Below, piece by piece: positions 13,757 through 27,263 of a stretch of 64,000 nucleotides of DNA. The notes under the pieces were generated by a model, which did no database searches, was not told where the DNA came from, and saw nothing but the letters and a program-made list of their open reading frames with translations. The stretch comes from Chlorokybus atmophyticus (Eukaryota > Plantae > Mesostigma and Chlorokybus algae): NCBI GenBank assembly GCA_009103225.1, contig RHPI01001116.1, positions 825,267 through 889,266 of the forward strand, read 5' to 3'. Position numbers and translations under genes: made by a program. Every line of letters starts with the position of its first letter. The first letter of the stretch is position 1.

Positions 13757-14474
13757 CGCTAGCTTCGCTGCCAGCCTCAAGCTTGCAGCTGCTGACCATG
13801 CAAAGCCCTCTCGGCATTGATGCCCGCCCGCAATGTTTGCCACGGAGACCGCAGTGCGCGGCACTGAAGCACGACCGGAACGGGATTGGATAAAGCGTCC
13901 TTGCGATCGCGATGTCTTGAACCGGCTTGGTGCTTTTGCTCGGCGCAGAGAGAGACGCGCGCGCGCAAAAAGCCAAAAAGCAATAATAAAATCATTATTT
14001 CTCGCAGTGGCAAACGCTTTTCCGGCGACGTCCACGTCGACACAATTCTCCCAGGCGGCGGCGGCGGCGGCGGGCGGCCGCGCTGGTGGCGTTGTCGTTG
14101 CTGCAGTAGAGGCGTGCTTTAGGAAGAAGTACTTTGCTAGCGATGCCGGCGCGTGGAAGACGCCGCAGGTTGGGTTACTTGTCTGCTGGAGTCTTGTGCG
14201 TATTAGGGTTGCTGCTAACTACCTGCTGCGTGCTGACACTGCAGTGTGGCTTGCTGCTTTTTCTTGCTTGTGTTGGCACGTTGGCTGTTGTGTGTGTTCT
14301 GCTTGCTTGCTCGCTAGTTACGCATGCCCTGCATTGCGCTGTGGAACATGTTGAAGCCATGTTTGCTTGCTGACAACGGAGCTGTTGACGGCATTTTCCT
14401 GCTTCTGCTCTCTGCCATCGTGCAGTTGCGGCGTCAGGCTGTGAGACCTTCTACACAGCGGTGGCCGCCGCCAC

Positions 14475-17400
14475 ATGGCCGGCCGCCTACCTCGCTGGTA
14501 CGGCGCAGGCAACGGCAACGTGGGCGGGGTTTACGGAGCGCCGGCGCCGCCCCGGCCCCCCGCGGATGGAGGGTTTGCAGCTGCTGCTGCTGCTTCCACC
14601 ATGGCCCCCGCCATCCGGCAGCAGCAGCAGCAGGGCGAGTTCTCCACAGCGGGAGGCAAGCTTGCACAGCTGCAGCAGGTTGGGCACTATGGGGTGCGGC
14701 CTCCTGTCTGGGGCGCCCGCGACGACGTGGCCTTTCCGCAAGCCCAGCCACCAGCACAGGTATGTGGTGGTGTGCAGTTGCATTCCAACCCAGTGCGGCT
14801 TGAGTGAAGTATTGTAGCGGGAGAGTGCCATTGTAGTGTTGCCATGGTAAAGTACGGCAGGTGCAATCAAAGCAGTCTGTGGCGATGTAACGAGTGAATT
14901 GCATGTTACATTCACTGTAAATAGTTATTCTCAACTGTTCAAAGTGTTAACGACAAGTTACATGGGACCATTGAATTACGGCAGTGGCGATTACTGCAAT
15001 TGCTTTTGCAACATATGGCAAGGGAATGATATGCCGTAGTCATTTTGCAAGGCAAATGCCAACAATGAGCAACAGAAGTGGGACCATAGCGAAGTATAGA
15101 AATGCTTTGCCCAGTTCTGTTCAGTTATTGGGCTGTCTGCTTCAGCAACACAATCAAGCTTCTGCTTGCAGTCAAGTGATTACTCTATGTCATTTGCAAC
15201 ACTGGCTTGCGGTGCAGCTGTAGAGGTGGCGATGCTGCATGGTGGGTAAATGATTATTTGTTTCTCTTTTTGTTGTCTGCAGTACGCTTATGATGCGCCA
15301 CAAGTAAACAACGAGCAGGGTGCTAGACATGTTGCAGCAAGGTTGGTGCAAGACGATAATGCAAGAGACCACTCGCAAGAAGAAGGTGCACAGCCCATGG
15401 ACGATGAGCCAAGGTACATGATGTGTGTAGAACATGTGTACTTTTAGCAATGGGATGCTGTTTCAACACTTCAATTAATACACTCAGCATCACATACACA
15501 TGGTCATGTGCAACACTTACAATTTTTAGGCGGGATGATCAAGCTGTTGAAGGTGAGTCGGTGGCAGCAACAGGAGCAGTCTCCAAGCATCCTGTGTCGC
15601 AGGAAGAGCTTGACAGGTTGGCCGCTCTTGATGCGCGGATAGAAAGGCTGTTGGCTCTCATTGGGGGCGACTGGCAGAAGTTGTCCGACCTAGGTACGTG
15701 TTGTGATAAATAGAGTGATTGGGTTTTGCATATGTGTACCGATCCTGTAGCGGTGTGTAACGTCTTTTGTGCGTCAGAATGGTTTCCAGTAATGACAAGC
15801 CAAAAGTGTCTTTGTTGGGATTCTGGAGTAGTTTGTTTTGTTAATGCGTGTTTGTTTGTACAGGTGCTGGGGTACAAGACAAGGATGGCACAGAGGAGTA
15901 TTGGCAGAATGGTACGTTACCCGTGTTCTGCTAACAGCAGTTGCTCGTGGATGTGACATTGAGTCCTGTGTGGTGGTTGTGTAAAACATGAAGTTGCATA
16001 CCGTTTGTAAGATAAATGTAAGATGAATTAGGTCAACTACATTACGCACTTGGTTTGTGAAAACACCGGACGTGGTACGCCTCTCTACAAGTCACCCGTA
16101 TGCATATCTATGCTTCATGACTTGATCGAGTATAAGAGCCAAGTATATAACAGGTTGTTTAGGTCTGAGTGCATAACATTTCGTGGAAAGTTTTAGGTCA
16201 ATTATATGAGAGCATGCATGTTAGTCTCCACATGTATTGTCACGTTATGTCTGTAAGCTCTACCAATAACTGTCCACATTGTCCTTGTTGCTGTGCGGTA
16301 GCGCTGTCCATTATGTCCAGTACTTTCCGTTGCATGGCTTGGTGCAGTGTTTAAGTAACAACACCAAGATGACAACAGTTGCAAATGCTGCATTGGCACC
16401 ATCTGTGATGAGGGATTGTTGTGTCGTAGAAAGGGTGGGTTGGCTGCGGGGCGGGAGAGAAGGGTGAGGGGGCTGTGTGTGTGCGTGGTGGTGGTGGTGA
16501 TGGGNTTGATCTACTGGTGGACACAATCGATTGCAGACACTGGTTGTGCACTGTCACAAGTACGTTGCTAACCTGCATTGTGTACTTGCAGCCTTTTTGA
16601 AGTTGACGACAGCCACTCTCTGTGTATGCTGGCTTTGTGCTTATGTCATCGTTATTTTATCTCAGGCGCGAAGGGGGTGTCTTACATTGGGTTCCTCTGA
16701 TTGCATGTCTAGTTGGAACATGCTTGCTCTGCCCGCAGAATCAGTAAGCTTTGCCAAGGAAGCTGTGGACGAGGATAGGCTGGCCATCATGGAAGCAAGC
16801 CGTTTACAACTGCGTGCCAGGCTGTTTGGGGTTGATTGGAAACTGTTACACGATCCCTCTCTACTGGATGCCGATAATCCAGAGACTGCAATGCTGCGTA
16901 CATACCGCGTGGTTGGTGTCACACCTGACGCCAAGGACGAGGTCGACGTTTGTGACCCTCGCAGTGTGCCAGATATGGAAATGCTGAGTACCCGACCCGC
17001 ACATATAGACCTTCCCATTCCTGATTTTACAGTAACAGGCCCGCCGCCTGATGCTGTTGAGTCTGGTGTTCGAGTCCATGCTGGAACGGTATTAGCCGAC
17101 TTGCTGCGGGCGAATGCTGTGGAATGGGAGCGCAATGGTTCCCTGGATGTGTGGACAGCAGTGAAGGACCGCAACTCCGCCTACCAAGATCATCCCTCAC
17201 CAGTCCCTGGCTTGGATGTCAGCCGCGAGGCTTCTGAGCTGGATCATGCCGCGACAACATCGGGCTCTGCGCGTGATGTTGCCCAGTCCGATGCTGTGTG
17301 CGACGAGCAGGAGTCAGCAGGCTCGCTGCAACAATTGGAGAATGTGGAGTTGTGCCGTTGGTACTTTAAGGACGCTGTCGGCCGAGAGCATGGGCCAAAG

Positions 17401-20400
17401 CTTCTGAGCCAGCTCAGACGATTGCTGTCAGCATCTGATGGTCCAGTTGAAGGCATGAGCGTCTATTGCAAACCTGAGGAGCTGTACTGGCCGTTGACAC
17501 CCAACATTTTGCCAAGTCAAGTTCCTGGCACGATCCCGCCCCAGTTTCTGGCATTGATAAGAGCCAGGCTTTGTGATGCCGTCTTGAAGAGCGCAAGGCG
17601 GTTCATTCTGGATGCCACAGTAGACACGGCGCTGTCGTCGTGGTTGCAGAGCACTGCATTAGCGCCAAATGCATCGGCGAAGCGTGCAGCTGCCAACACC
17701 TCACAACGGCAGTTAGGAAAATTTGAAAAGGAGACAGCCCTGTTGCCGGCTTTCGGTCGACGGCACAGCCAGACAGGGTTGGATAGCCACTCTTCGCGCA
17801 TGACGAATGGTGGTCACGTTGCCGGAGCATTGGAGAAACCGCACAGTCGGGTAGGAGAGAAACGCGTAGCGCGCAATTCAACTAGCAGCAGCAAGGATGC
17901 CTCTTCTGTACAGCCAGGTAATGTGGCGGTTGTTATGGTGTCTTGTGCATCGTTCAGAACTTGGTTCTTTTACTCCGCTGGCATGCTAGCTTCAAGCTAC
18001 ATTATCTGACGTGTATGCATGACTGCTGCATCAGAACCCGCGTTACCATCAGCCGTTGAAGTCATCCCCAAGAGCAAAAAGAGCAGGATACTTGAGGCGT
18101 CTGCAAGCGACCCTCTGTTTGTCGGCCAACAACAACAACAACCCCTGTTGCCATCTGCATTGCTGCAAAAGTGTTTCGACAAACTGCGACCAGATATAGT
18201 GTCCCTTATGCGCACGGCATCCACTTGCAAATCATGGAGGAAGGAGGCCATGACAGTTGCACAGAAGTGGAAGGCAGTGGATCTGTCCAATTTGGGTCCT
18301 CTTTGCACCAACAGCGCAGTGCGCTTTGTTCGCAAGCTGTATCGCAAGAAGGACGGGAGGCCGAGTGAGCTACGAGCTGTCTGCTTGAAGGGGTGCTCCA
18401 ACGTAGATTGGGAACCCGTGGTGGACCTGTTGCAAGCATGTCCATCCATCACACACATGTTTATCGATGGTTGCCCAAAGTTGCGCAAGTTGCCAGTCAG
18501 AGTGCCAAAGTTAAAGTATCGGTCAGGCGACTTCACAACCTCACAGAGCTTAAGAAAAGAACAACGCCACGACAAGAGGCTTCCTGATACCGCCGCAGTC
18601 CGGTCCCCGAGGATGATTGCCGCTCCAATGACAGAGGATGAGAGGCGAATGGCAGAACTTGTCAACCAGTACTTGCCGCAAGTTTTGACTGCGCTAAAGA
18701 AGTATGATGAGCGCTTTGGACACAGTACCTTCAAAGAACCGGTGAGTTAATGTTTATGGCTGTGCATGTTGTGTTTTGGACTCTCTGCCTTTGTGGTCTT
18801 GATGTCTCCATCAAACCCACGCAGGTCGACGACGAGCTTGTTCCTGACTACTATCAGGTCATCCCGCAACCTATGGACTTGAGCACCATGCAGCAGAAGT
18901 TGCAGAGTGGGCAGTACGCGCGCGCAGAAGAGGGAGCTTTGTGTGCATTCCGCAATGACATTGCGTTGATGTGTCAGAATGCAATCAGGTATGTGCGATA
19001 TGGTGCAGCTGGCATAGTCTCACCTCCAAGTGTAGCAAGCCTGGACTGAGCTGATGCTTTTGGATGCACTTGCCACTTGATGATGACATCTTCTTGCTGA
19101 ATTGCAGATATAATGGGCAAAATACGCAGTACTACATAGATGCAGAGCAGATGTTGCATTTCAGCAATGAGATATTGAGCAAGTTGGAGACGCGCATCGC
19201 AGGTACGCAGCATTATCAGTGTGCCTGCGAGGTTACTACTCTGCAGCGGATTGCATTAAGCATCAAGTGCACCTTCTTGTTATGAGGTTCTTTAAACACC
19301 TTCTGTGTTGCGCAGCTGTGGTGTATGGTGGAAGACGGGCCTCACGCAACCTGGACTTGGACATACTCAATGACATTGAAGATGACTCGCGAGCAGCGCA
19401 GTTCGCTGTAGCAGCCGCATCAGCCAGAGAAAGGAAGGCCATCAAGTCGGCTGAGCAGGAAAAGGTGTTTTGTGTTTTTAAGTATTCTCTTTATAAATTC
19501 ACAATGTTGGTAGTTTTTGCTGATTATTGGCTCTTATGACAGGCTGCAACTGCACGTGCGCGAGGTGCTCGGATGGGAGACATGGCGATGGCGCCGCCCA
19601 CTGTGCGAAAATATGATACCTTGGAGGACTACGAGATTGTTGCGGATTTTGAGACGGTCGACAAGAAGATGACTCTGTGCTTGCCCGAAAATGGCGAGCC
19701 TGTCATACAATGGCCTGCTTATGATATGCCTCTCATTCGACCAGCGGAGCGTCCCAAGAAGTTGGGCACTGAGGTTGTTGAGCAGGTACCTGTTGGTTTC
19801 AGAAGGCACAGCAGTTGTTTGGCATTGAATGGCGTTGCTGCTGTCTTACAATGATGCTCATGAATGTGCGTTAGGAGGTTATATGGTGTTGTTGTAACTC
19901 ACTGGTTCTCTTGCTCTCCGCCAGGAAGTCTATGGTCTGGATCCGCATAACTTCAACTGCCTGATGGACGCATTTCCGCAATCTTCTCCGCGACCTGAGG
20001 TTGAAGACGAGCAGTACTGCTTTATAGAGCAAGCATTCGCAATGGAACTCAACAAGAAGACAAAGCAGTTCACCAGGAGCGTGCAGCCGGCCCCCCCGTA
20101 CACGGATGTTGTACCTGTTCTGGAGGCTTTGGCTAAATCCAAGGAGCACCCGCCATCCGTGTCATCAAAAGCAAGGCACTTGGAACGCTCTGTTGCTGGC
20201 AAAGACCTCAGAGCGTATAGGAAGGTATCTGAAGTGCAGTAAATTACACTGTCAACCAGTGCTGTCAGCAGGCCTCATTAGACTCAAAAGGCCTCACTAT
20301 ACTCAAAAGCCACTATGTTTGTGTGTAGGGCCTTGGTGTTGTGTGCAATGCGTCAGGAGGTTTCAAGCCCGACGAGTTTGTTGTCGCATTCCTTGGGGAA

Positions 20401-22577
20401 ATCTACCCACCCTGGAGATGGTTTGAGAAGCAGGACGCCATTCGTCAAGTTCAGAAGGCTAGGGGTTTAGCAGAAAACAGTGTGCCGGAGTTCTACAACA
20501 TGACTCTGGAACGACCCAAAGGGGATGCAGGAGGGTACGACGTGTTGTTCGTGGACGCCATGCATCGAGCCAATTATGCAAGCCGTTTCTGCCATTCCTG
20601 CAGGCCAAACTGTGAAACAAGGTTTGTGCTTGACATTGTTGTTGTGCGCAAGGCTTGTTTCAACTAGACAGTTTAGTGGAGTATGTTGGTAAATATTATT
20701 TATGAAACGAGTTTTGTGCTATTATTGTTTTTGTGCGTATTCAACTTTGGTCTTTGGCAGGGTGGCCGCAATCGGCGGCAGGTATGTCATTGGTGTCTTT
20801 ACGCTTTCAGAGATAGCCCCTGGTGAAGAGCTCACGTTCAACTACAACTCTGTCACCGAGAGTGCTGAAGAGTACAACTCAGCAATATGTTTGTGTGGGA
20901 CACGCTCCTGTCAGGGATCTTTCTTGCATTGGGCTGGCGTGGATACCTTTCAGCAGGTATTGGCTCAGTTCGAACAAAAGCATAGCTGTCATCGTCAGTG
21001 TCACTGGTTGCCAACGTTGTATACTACTGCAGGTCATGATGGAATCGCATGGCGTGTTGGACCGCCACCATTACTTGCTGATGGCCTGCAACAGCACATC
21101 CCTTACACCCCAAGACCACATGCATCTGACCAAAGCTGGTTTTGGCTGGTCCATCCTGCAAGGCCTGCCGCTGTGGGCAATCAAGTATGCAGCGCTCTTG
21201 CTCGGGTATGCGCATTACGAAAGAACAGCCCTGCCTGGCAAGCTATTGGAGCAGCCGTCAGAGGAGATTGGCGGGTATGTGTACACGCAAGAAAGCTCGG
21301 AGATACAGGCTGAGGGCGTGTTGCAGCAGCGTTTGCAAAACATAGCCATCATGCTGGATAAGGTATGCTTATGGGTTCATTCACTTCTGATTCTAGTTTA
21401 GTGCGATGCAGATGAGTGTTTCAGCATTGTTGCCTTCAGGTCAAGCATGTGCTGCACAAGCTGTATGGTGAGAAGACACCGGACCCTCCCATAAGGCAGC
21501 TTGCGCATCACGAAGTTGCGCATCGTCTCCTCCTCAACCAGGACTCCCTAGTGGAACAGCTGTTGCAGAGCATGGGTACTCAGCTGAAGGGCGTTCCCGC
21601 GTATCAGAAGCTGTGTGCGGAAGTCAGGCAGCGCCAGGTGGCGGTGGAGCAGGCCGCGGAAGACCCCGTGTTGCTGCGCAGCATGCTCATCTGGTAAGCA
21701 TGGAGTCCTGGCGGTGATGATGTTGCAAGAATGTGTATGCTGAGCGCTACAACATGTACACAACATGTACGCATTATGTTTATGTCGTGTATATGTTGGC
21801 CATGAACTGCAGGTGTCTGTATTGGCGTGAGGTGCTTATCGAGTCTTTGACACAACAAGTGCTTTGCTGGCAGGTTGCGCGATGAGGTAGTGAAGCTTCC
21901 AGTGACGCCGCAGGCACGCCATGATGCCGCCGCAGACATGCTGCACATGTACGCTCACACGAAGGTGTTCTTTGACGGCCATGATTACCAGCCGCTGGAG
22001 TCGGATCCTATTGTTGTTCGCGACGAGGACGTCGGCGTCAAATTACGAGATATGCCAACTGAACCAGGCTCAGTCGAACACAATAGTGTTGGCGAGACCA
22101 CCACGACCAAGACGTACCCGCCGCAGTTCATCTGGGGCCAATTGATCTACTGGTGGACACAATCGATTGCAGACACTGGTTGTGCACTGTCACAAGTACG
22201 TTGCTAACCTGCATTGTGTACTTGCAGCCTTTTTGAAGTTGACGACAGCCACTCTCTGTGTATGCTGGCTTTGTGCTTATGTCATCGTTATTTTATCTCA
22301 GGCGCGAAGGGGGTGTCTTACATTGCCAGATTTATCATGCTGTTACGGGAATGCCGTGCCAAAACCGCCGAGGCTCCCGTATGATGCGAAGCAGCGCAAT
22401 CTCTGGATTCTCCACCTGCGCAATCAGCCGCAGAAGCAGTGGTCTGTGAACTTGCATTGGAGTTACAAGATGAAAGGCTTGTATGGCAGCCCGTCGCTGG
22501 ATGCCGTTATTGAAGACAGACGCCCGATCAACCCTGCGGTGACAGAGTGGCTGCAAGATAGGACGCACGCCATTTAA
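14475..22577 (+). CDS. ATXR3: Histone H3K4 methyltransferase ATXR3/SDG2-like (GYF-like, F-box/LRR-like, bromodomain, SET and post-SET), ~18 exons
   Basis: Family signatures YRKGLGVVCN, FVVAFLGEIYPPWRWFEKQDAIR, PEFYNMTLERPKGDAGGYDVLFVDAMHRANYASRFCHSCRPNCE, GEELTFNYNSVTES..ICLCGTRSCQGSFL, FIWGQLIYW..ARRGCLTLPD, LYGSPSLDA. All joins are GT-AG and in phase. Confidence 0.95.
16506..16689 (+). repeat. 184-bp direct repeat, copy 1 (identical to 22142-22325), inside an ATXR3 intron
   Basis: TTGATCTACTGGTGGACACAATCG...GGGTGTCTTACATTG matches the exon end, intron and exon start near the 3' end of ATXR3. It begins immediately after a single N at 16505. Confidence 0.95.
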
Positions 22578-23333
22578 GAGTCGTGTCCCCTTTTCGGTGA
22601 GTACTTTTTAGCGCGCGATTTGTAGAAATGCGGTTAGTAAGCCAACAGCCATTGGTTAGGGAAGCAGTCCTCTGGTCTCCCATTTAGTGTCCAGGACTGT
22701 GTTGCCACGCAGCTGCACAATGGCTGTTGCTTTTAGGTTAGGGTCGCTGATAGACTGCTTTGTACGCTAGACTTTCTACCAAATAAGTGCAGCCACCAGG
22801 AGGCCTGCATTTGCTTGCTTTGTGCAGACATGCATTCATGCATTTTTGCAGTGGTATTGCTATCTGTTGACTTTATTGGTGCATCATCAGCAGTATTGCA
22901 GTTTGTTGGTTCTAGTTCCAGTGCAAGCATCGCATTGTCTGCCACGGTTCACATGAACAATGGGCACAACAGTGTATGTGGACATGCACATAACAACGTC
23001 TGCATTGTTAACAGCTGTGCCCACACAACGCATGTCCTATGCATGCGCCTACATGTACTGCAATCTGTGTACACCTGTGTCAATAACCAAGGCATGCGCA
23101 TTCTTGCAGAACTTCACCCCCTGGTGTTGCATTACTGTATAGCACACAAGGAAAGGCGGCTGTTATTCATAAGGGGAGGGATTTGGGGAGGGCGACAGGA
23201 TCAGTGCCTGATGGTTGTGAGTTGTACCCTGCATCGATCATCAGACATGCATGCGTTTAGCACATGCCACCTTTTGAACACGTGGTATAGACATAAGCAT
23301 TTTCACCCAGTGTTGTACACAATCCACCAACAA

Positions 23334-24509
23334 TTATGTACAAAGGGAGGATCCCAGCATGTGGCACAACTGGTCAATGCCCGCAACTTTTTCATTCCGC
23401 ACTGCCGCAGAAACACTGGCTGTAACAGCGTTATCTGCGTCAATGACATGAACGCTGGCACTGTATTCCAGCAACAACGCGGTGATATAATCCATATAAT
23501 TCGAGCGCTTGAAGTGCGTCTTATAGTGCTCGAGACCCCTTTTGGCGATGACTAACGCTGCATCGTCATTATGTACCAACCAATCCAGCTTGCTAGCAAA
23601 GTCCTCCATGCCGAGACTGACCCGAACCACGTGCTCACCGTCGGCAAGAGTCCTCCGCACAATGTCCGTGTTGAGACCAATGTCCACAATAACGGAACCC
23701 GTGAGAAGCAAACCTGTAGGTACAGTTGTTAGTAGAGGAAGGCACTCTATGCAATGGACACAAAAAGGAGACTCTTGATGGGGGGGGGGAGCGCACGTGC
23801 GCGTGTGCGCACGCGCACACGCTTGCATGTGCATGAGTATTGTTTGCTTACTGGGCAGGCGGGAGGTGTATGTGTTGCCATCCACATTGACAATGTACTT
23901 GTAGGCAGCGAAGTTTTCAAAGGGTACCCTCCTGAGAGATTGAGCCTCGTTTATGTTTGCAAGGTCCTGGCAGAGATTCGACAGCCCGATATAGGCAGCA
24001 CCGGTGCCCCTCTCTTTGTTATACGCTTCCGCCGCTTTGATCAGCCGCAAGCGTGCATTGATGTACGTGCCCTCGGGATTGATATCGAGCCCACGCCCGC
24101 CCGTGGGACAACCCGGAAAGAAAGCCACGTTGAGCTTATCGCCCCATGGTTTGGGGTCGATATCAGCCGTCGTCACGTTGGTGACGCGCTCAGACCCGCC
24201 GCCGATATCGTCAAGACTCCAACGCTCCAGCATCTCATGTGTTGGGTATAATATGTCTATGTGGCAACCGGGTACCTTTGTCTTGGACCATATGGGTAAG
24301 CCAAGGCCCCAAGCAGGACCCCGTGACACTGCGTGACTTTTATGTTCATCACTAGTTGAAGCCAAATAACTTGTATGCTCTTGTACACTTCAAGCCCTGC
24401 ATGCACACATACAGACACACGCACACTACGTGTGGCACACGTGCACAGACACACACAGACACCTGCACGCATCGTGGTACACACACCGACACACTCAGAC
24501 ACACACACA

Positions 24510-24577
<68 letters not shown>

Positions 24578-25372
24578 TGCATGCACGCACGTACACGCAC
24601 GCGCGCGCACACACATACCAGCAGATGCACGCATGTGTGCACATACACACACAACAGAGACAGACTCACTTTTATCGGACATGCCGTGAAAGCGCCCGAG
24701 TATCTGTTTCTGCCAGCACTGTATCGACTCAACGAGGGGCTCGTCGCATGCGTTGAGCAAGAAATAGATCGGCAACACGCCGTCCAGTCCACGCAGGCGC
24801 GGGACCACCTTGACCAACGCAGACAGCAACGAATCCCTATAACGTTGTGTGCGTGCGTGTACGTGCATGTTTGCGCTTGCGCACGTGCGCAAGCGCAAAC
24901 ATGCATATGTGCACGTGCACGGGTGTGTGCACGCGTGTGCGTGCGCGTGTGAGTGTGCCTGCGCATGTGTGTACGTGTGCCTGCACGTGCGTGTGCGTGC
25001 GTTGGGGTGACACAACACACCCACCACACTCCCACCTTACCTGTCCGGGTCCGCCTCCTTTGCTCCCGCGACCACTCTGGCCCCCTCCTCACTGACTTCC
25101 ACCAGCGACAGCGACATCTAGCTCAGTCCCGCGGCAAACGCCATCGCGGACGCGTGGATGACGAGACCACGCCACGGCGAAAGGTCCTCGTGGATGCCAG
25201 CAACAAGAGAAGGGTGAAGAGAGGACATGTGATCCTGCGTGTCATGACATGTTGCTGGATGATGACAGCATTGACTTGAGCCCTGCTGCGGAAACCAAAG
25301 TGATGGAAGGACGAGGATGAGGCTTACCTCGCGTGCAAAAGACAGCTGTTTAGTCCTCGCCCTGCGCATCAT
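23334..25372 (-). CDS. Glycosyltransferase family 90 (CAP10/KDELC/POGLUT-like), with an apparent in-frame TAG at 25118-25120
   Basis: Signal-anchor-like N-terminus (MMRRARTK..VSLILVLPSLWF), IHEDLSPWRG, YFLLNACDEP, LPIWSKTK..DILYP, KPWGDKLNVAFFPGCPTGG, YKYIVNVDGNTYTSRLPSLLLTGS, KLDWLVHND..IAKRG. Three phase-consistent introns. Confidence 0.85.
24508..24576. repeat. (CACG)n tetranucleotide microsatellite in a GT90 intron
   Basis: About 17 tandem CACG units inside a CA/TG-rich intron. Confidence 0.95.
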
Positions 25373-27263
25373 TGACACAATTGGCTGTCGACTGTCACGG
25401 TCTTGTCTCAAGTGCATACATGCGCCGTGTGTGTGTGTGTGTGCGTATGCGCTGGCACGGGGCGTGTGCACATGTTCTTGTGTGCATGCATGCTAGCGTG
25501 CGCACATGTGTGCATGTGTGTGTGCGTACACTTGCGCGAGGACACGTGTGTTTGTGTGCGCACTGATGCGCAGATGTTGCGCACATTGGAATGAACATCT
25601 TACACTTACCACAACTCTCAGTGTCAACGCGAATGAGACGGTGCGTGCAGCCCCACACGTATGCAACAACACGTATGCAACTACTCAACTCGCTCACTCT
25701 TCCCCTAGTAAGTACTAGTACTAGTAGTTAGTAGAACTCACCCCAGCCGTGTTGATGTTGTTGTTGTTGTCCCCCCCGTGTTGGTTGCTCGCTGCCAGAA
25801 CAGCAGGGTGGGGATGGTGACCACGAGGAGGCGAGATGACACCAGCAGAACAAGCAGAAGAAGGAGCAGAAGGGGAGTCCTGCCACAACCAGCAGCAAAG
25901 GGAAGGGGACCACCCAATTGCAACTGGAGGAGATGACGCCGCCATGAACCCATACAACGGATGAGAGCTCTGTAGAAGCTAGCCTGTGCCAGCGCATGGT
26001 GGGTGAAGCTTGAACAGCTGCACCTTGATGTGATGGGCACACAACCGAAACCACAACCACAACTCTTTTGTGTCCGTGCACCTGTAGCGCGGTTAGGTAG
26101 AGCCTCTGTAGCTGGGTCCGACCCCGAGTCGAGAACAGCTACTTGCTACCATCAAGTAACCATGGTGCATCTACCACATCATGGTACCTGTCGCACGCAT
26201 GCAAACCAAAGCGTGCTTTAGCCCTGCCCTGCCCTCCCCCACCCTGGCCGGGTACGGCCTGGCGGCTCCCCTCTCCTCTCAGCTTCACGCAAGGACGGAC
26301 AGACTACAAGACACATTGGGAACTTTCACAAACTGGACACATCTGTGACTTTTTGCACACAAGTGACGCATATCTGCTTGCTCATCACAACACATGCGTC
26401 GTCGCCAGTTACGCCGTCTCACACCCTGCGAGAATGACTCCGATGACGCTTCATACAAAACCGAGGAGTGTATCATGGTACAGTGTAGCTGCGGCTGTTC
26501 TGGCACTTGGGAGGTCACCCAGTGAGTCATCACCCCACGCATCCAAACGAGCCAGCACAATCTGGTACCCGCGAGTCGCAGACTGGCGAACCCTGCGAGC
26601 ACTACTACCGCGCAGTCCCGCGGCCTATTCGACGTGGGATATGAGACCTGTATGTAGTAGTTTCCAAGCAGTCCAAGCTCATCATTATACTGCTCACAGT
26701 CAACGCATTGTGTACAACGAGCACAATAACGTGCACGGTGTATAGAAGGAATGGGAATTTGTGCACATTATAGCATATGGACCATGATATCTATACACGT
26801 ATGGTGGCATATGATGGCATGCAACTATGTTATCTAGTCTTTCATTTTTGAACATTATATCTGTATGAAATAAGCAAATTATACGTGAAGAGTGGATTAT
26901 GACCGTTTGAGTTATAGCATCATCATAACGGGTTGTCACTGTATGCTGTAAGATGAAGCATACACCGCTAAGTGTGTCGCGCTAACTGTAAACAAGAGCG
27001 TTCTAATTTGTCCATGCAACATGCCGCAGCGACAAGGACATGCAGCTGGCTGCAGGAAGCACACCAAACTGTGATGTGTCCACCCAATCGCCGGAGTAAA
27101 GCTATGGGTCGGCAACTTGAATTGGGAAGCTTTCGCACCCCCACCCACCCCCCGCATGACGTACATACCCGTGTGCGCGCACATGGCTTGCTGTCTCGAC
27201 ACAGCCTAGCAGCACACACACACACACACACACAGAGGGAGGCACCCCGACTTTCTTACAACA

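Noticed and set aside
24257-25095. Long ORFs rich in CV/HT/RA repeats (also at 33571-34335, 35624-36332, 54055-54438, 62663-63102)
   Set aside because: They are translations of intronic CA/TG microsatellites, not proteins.
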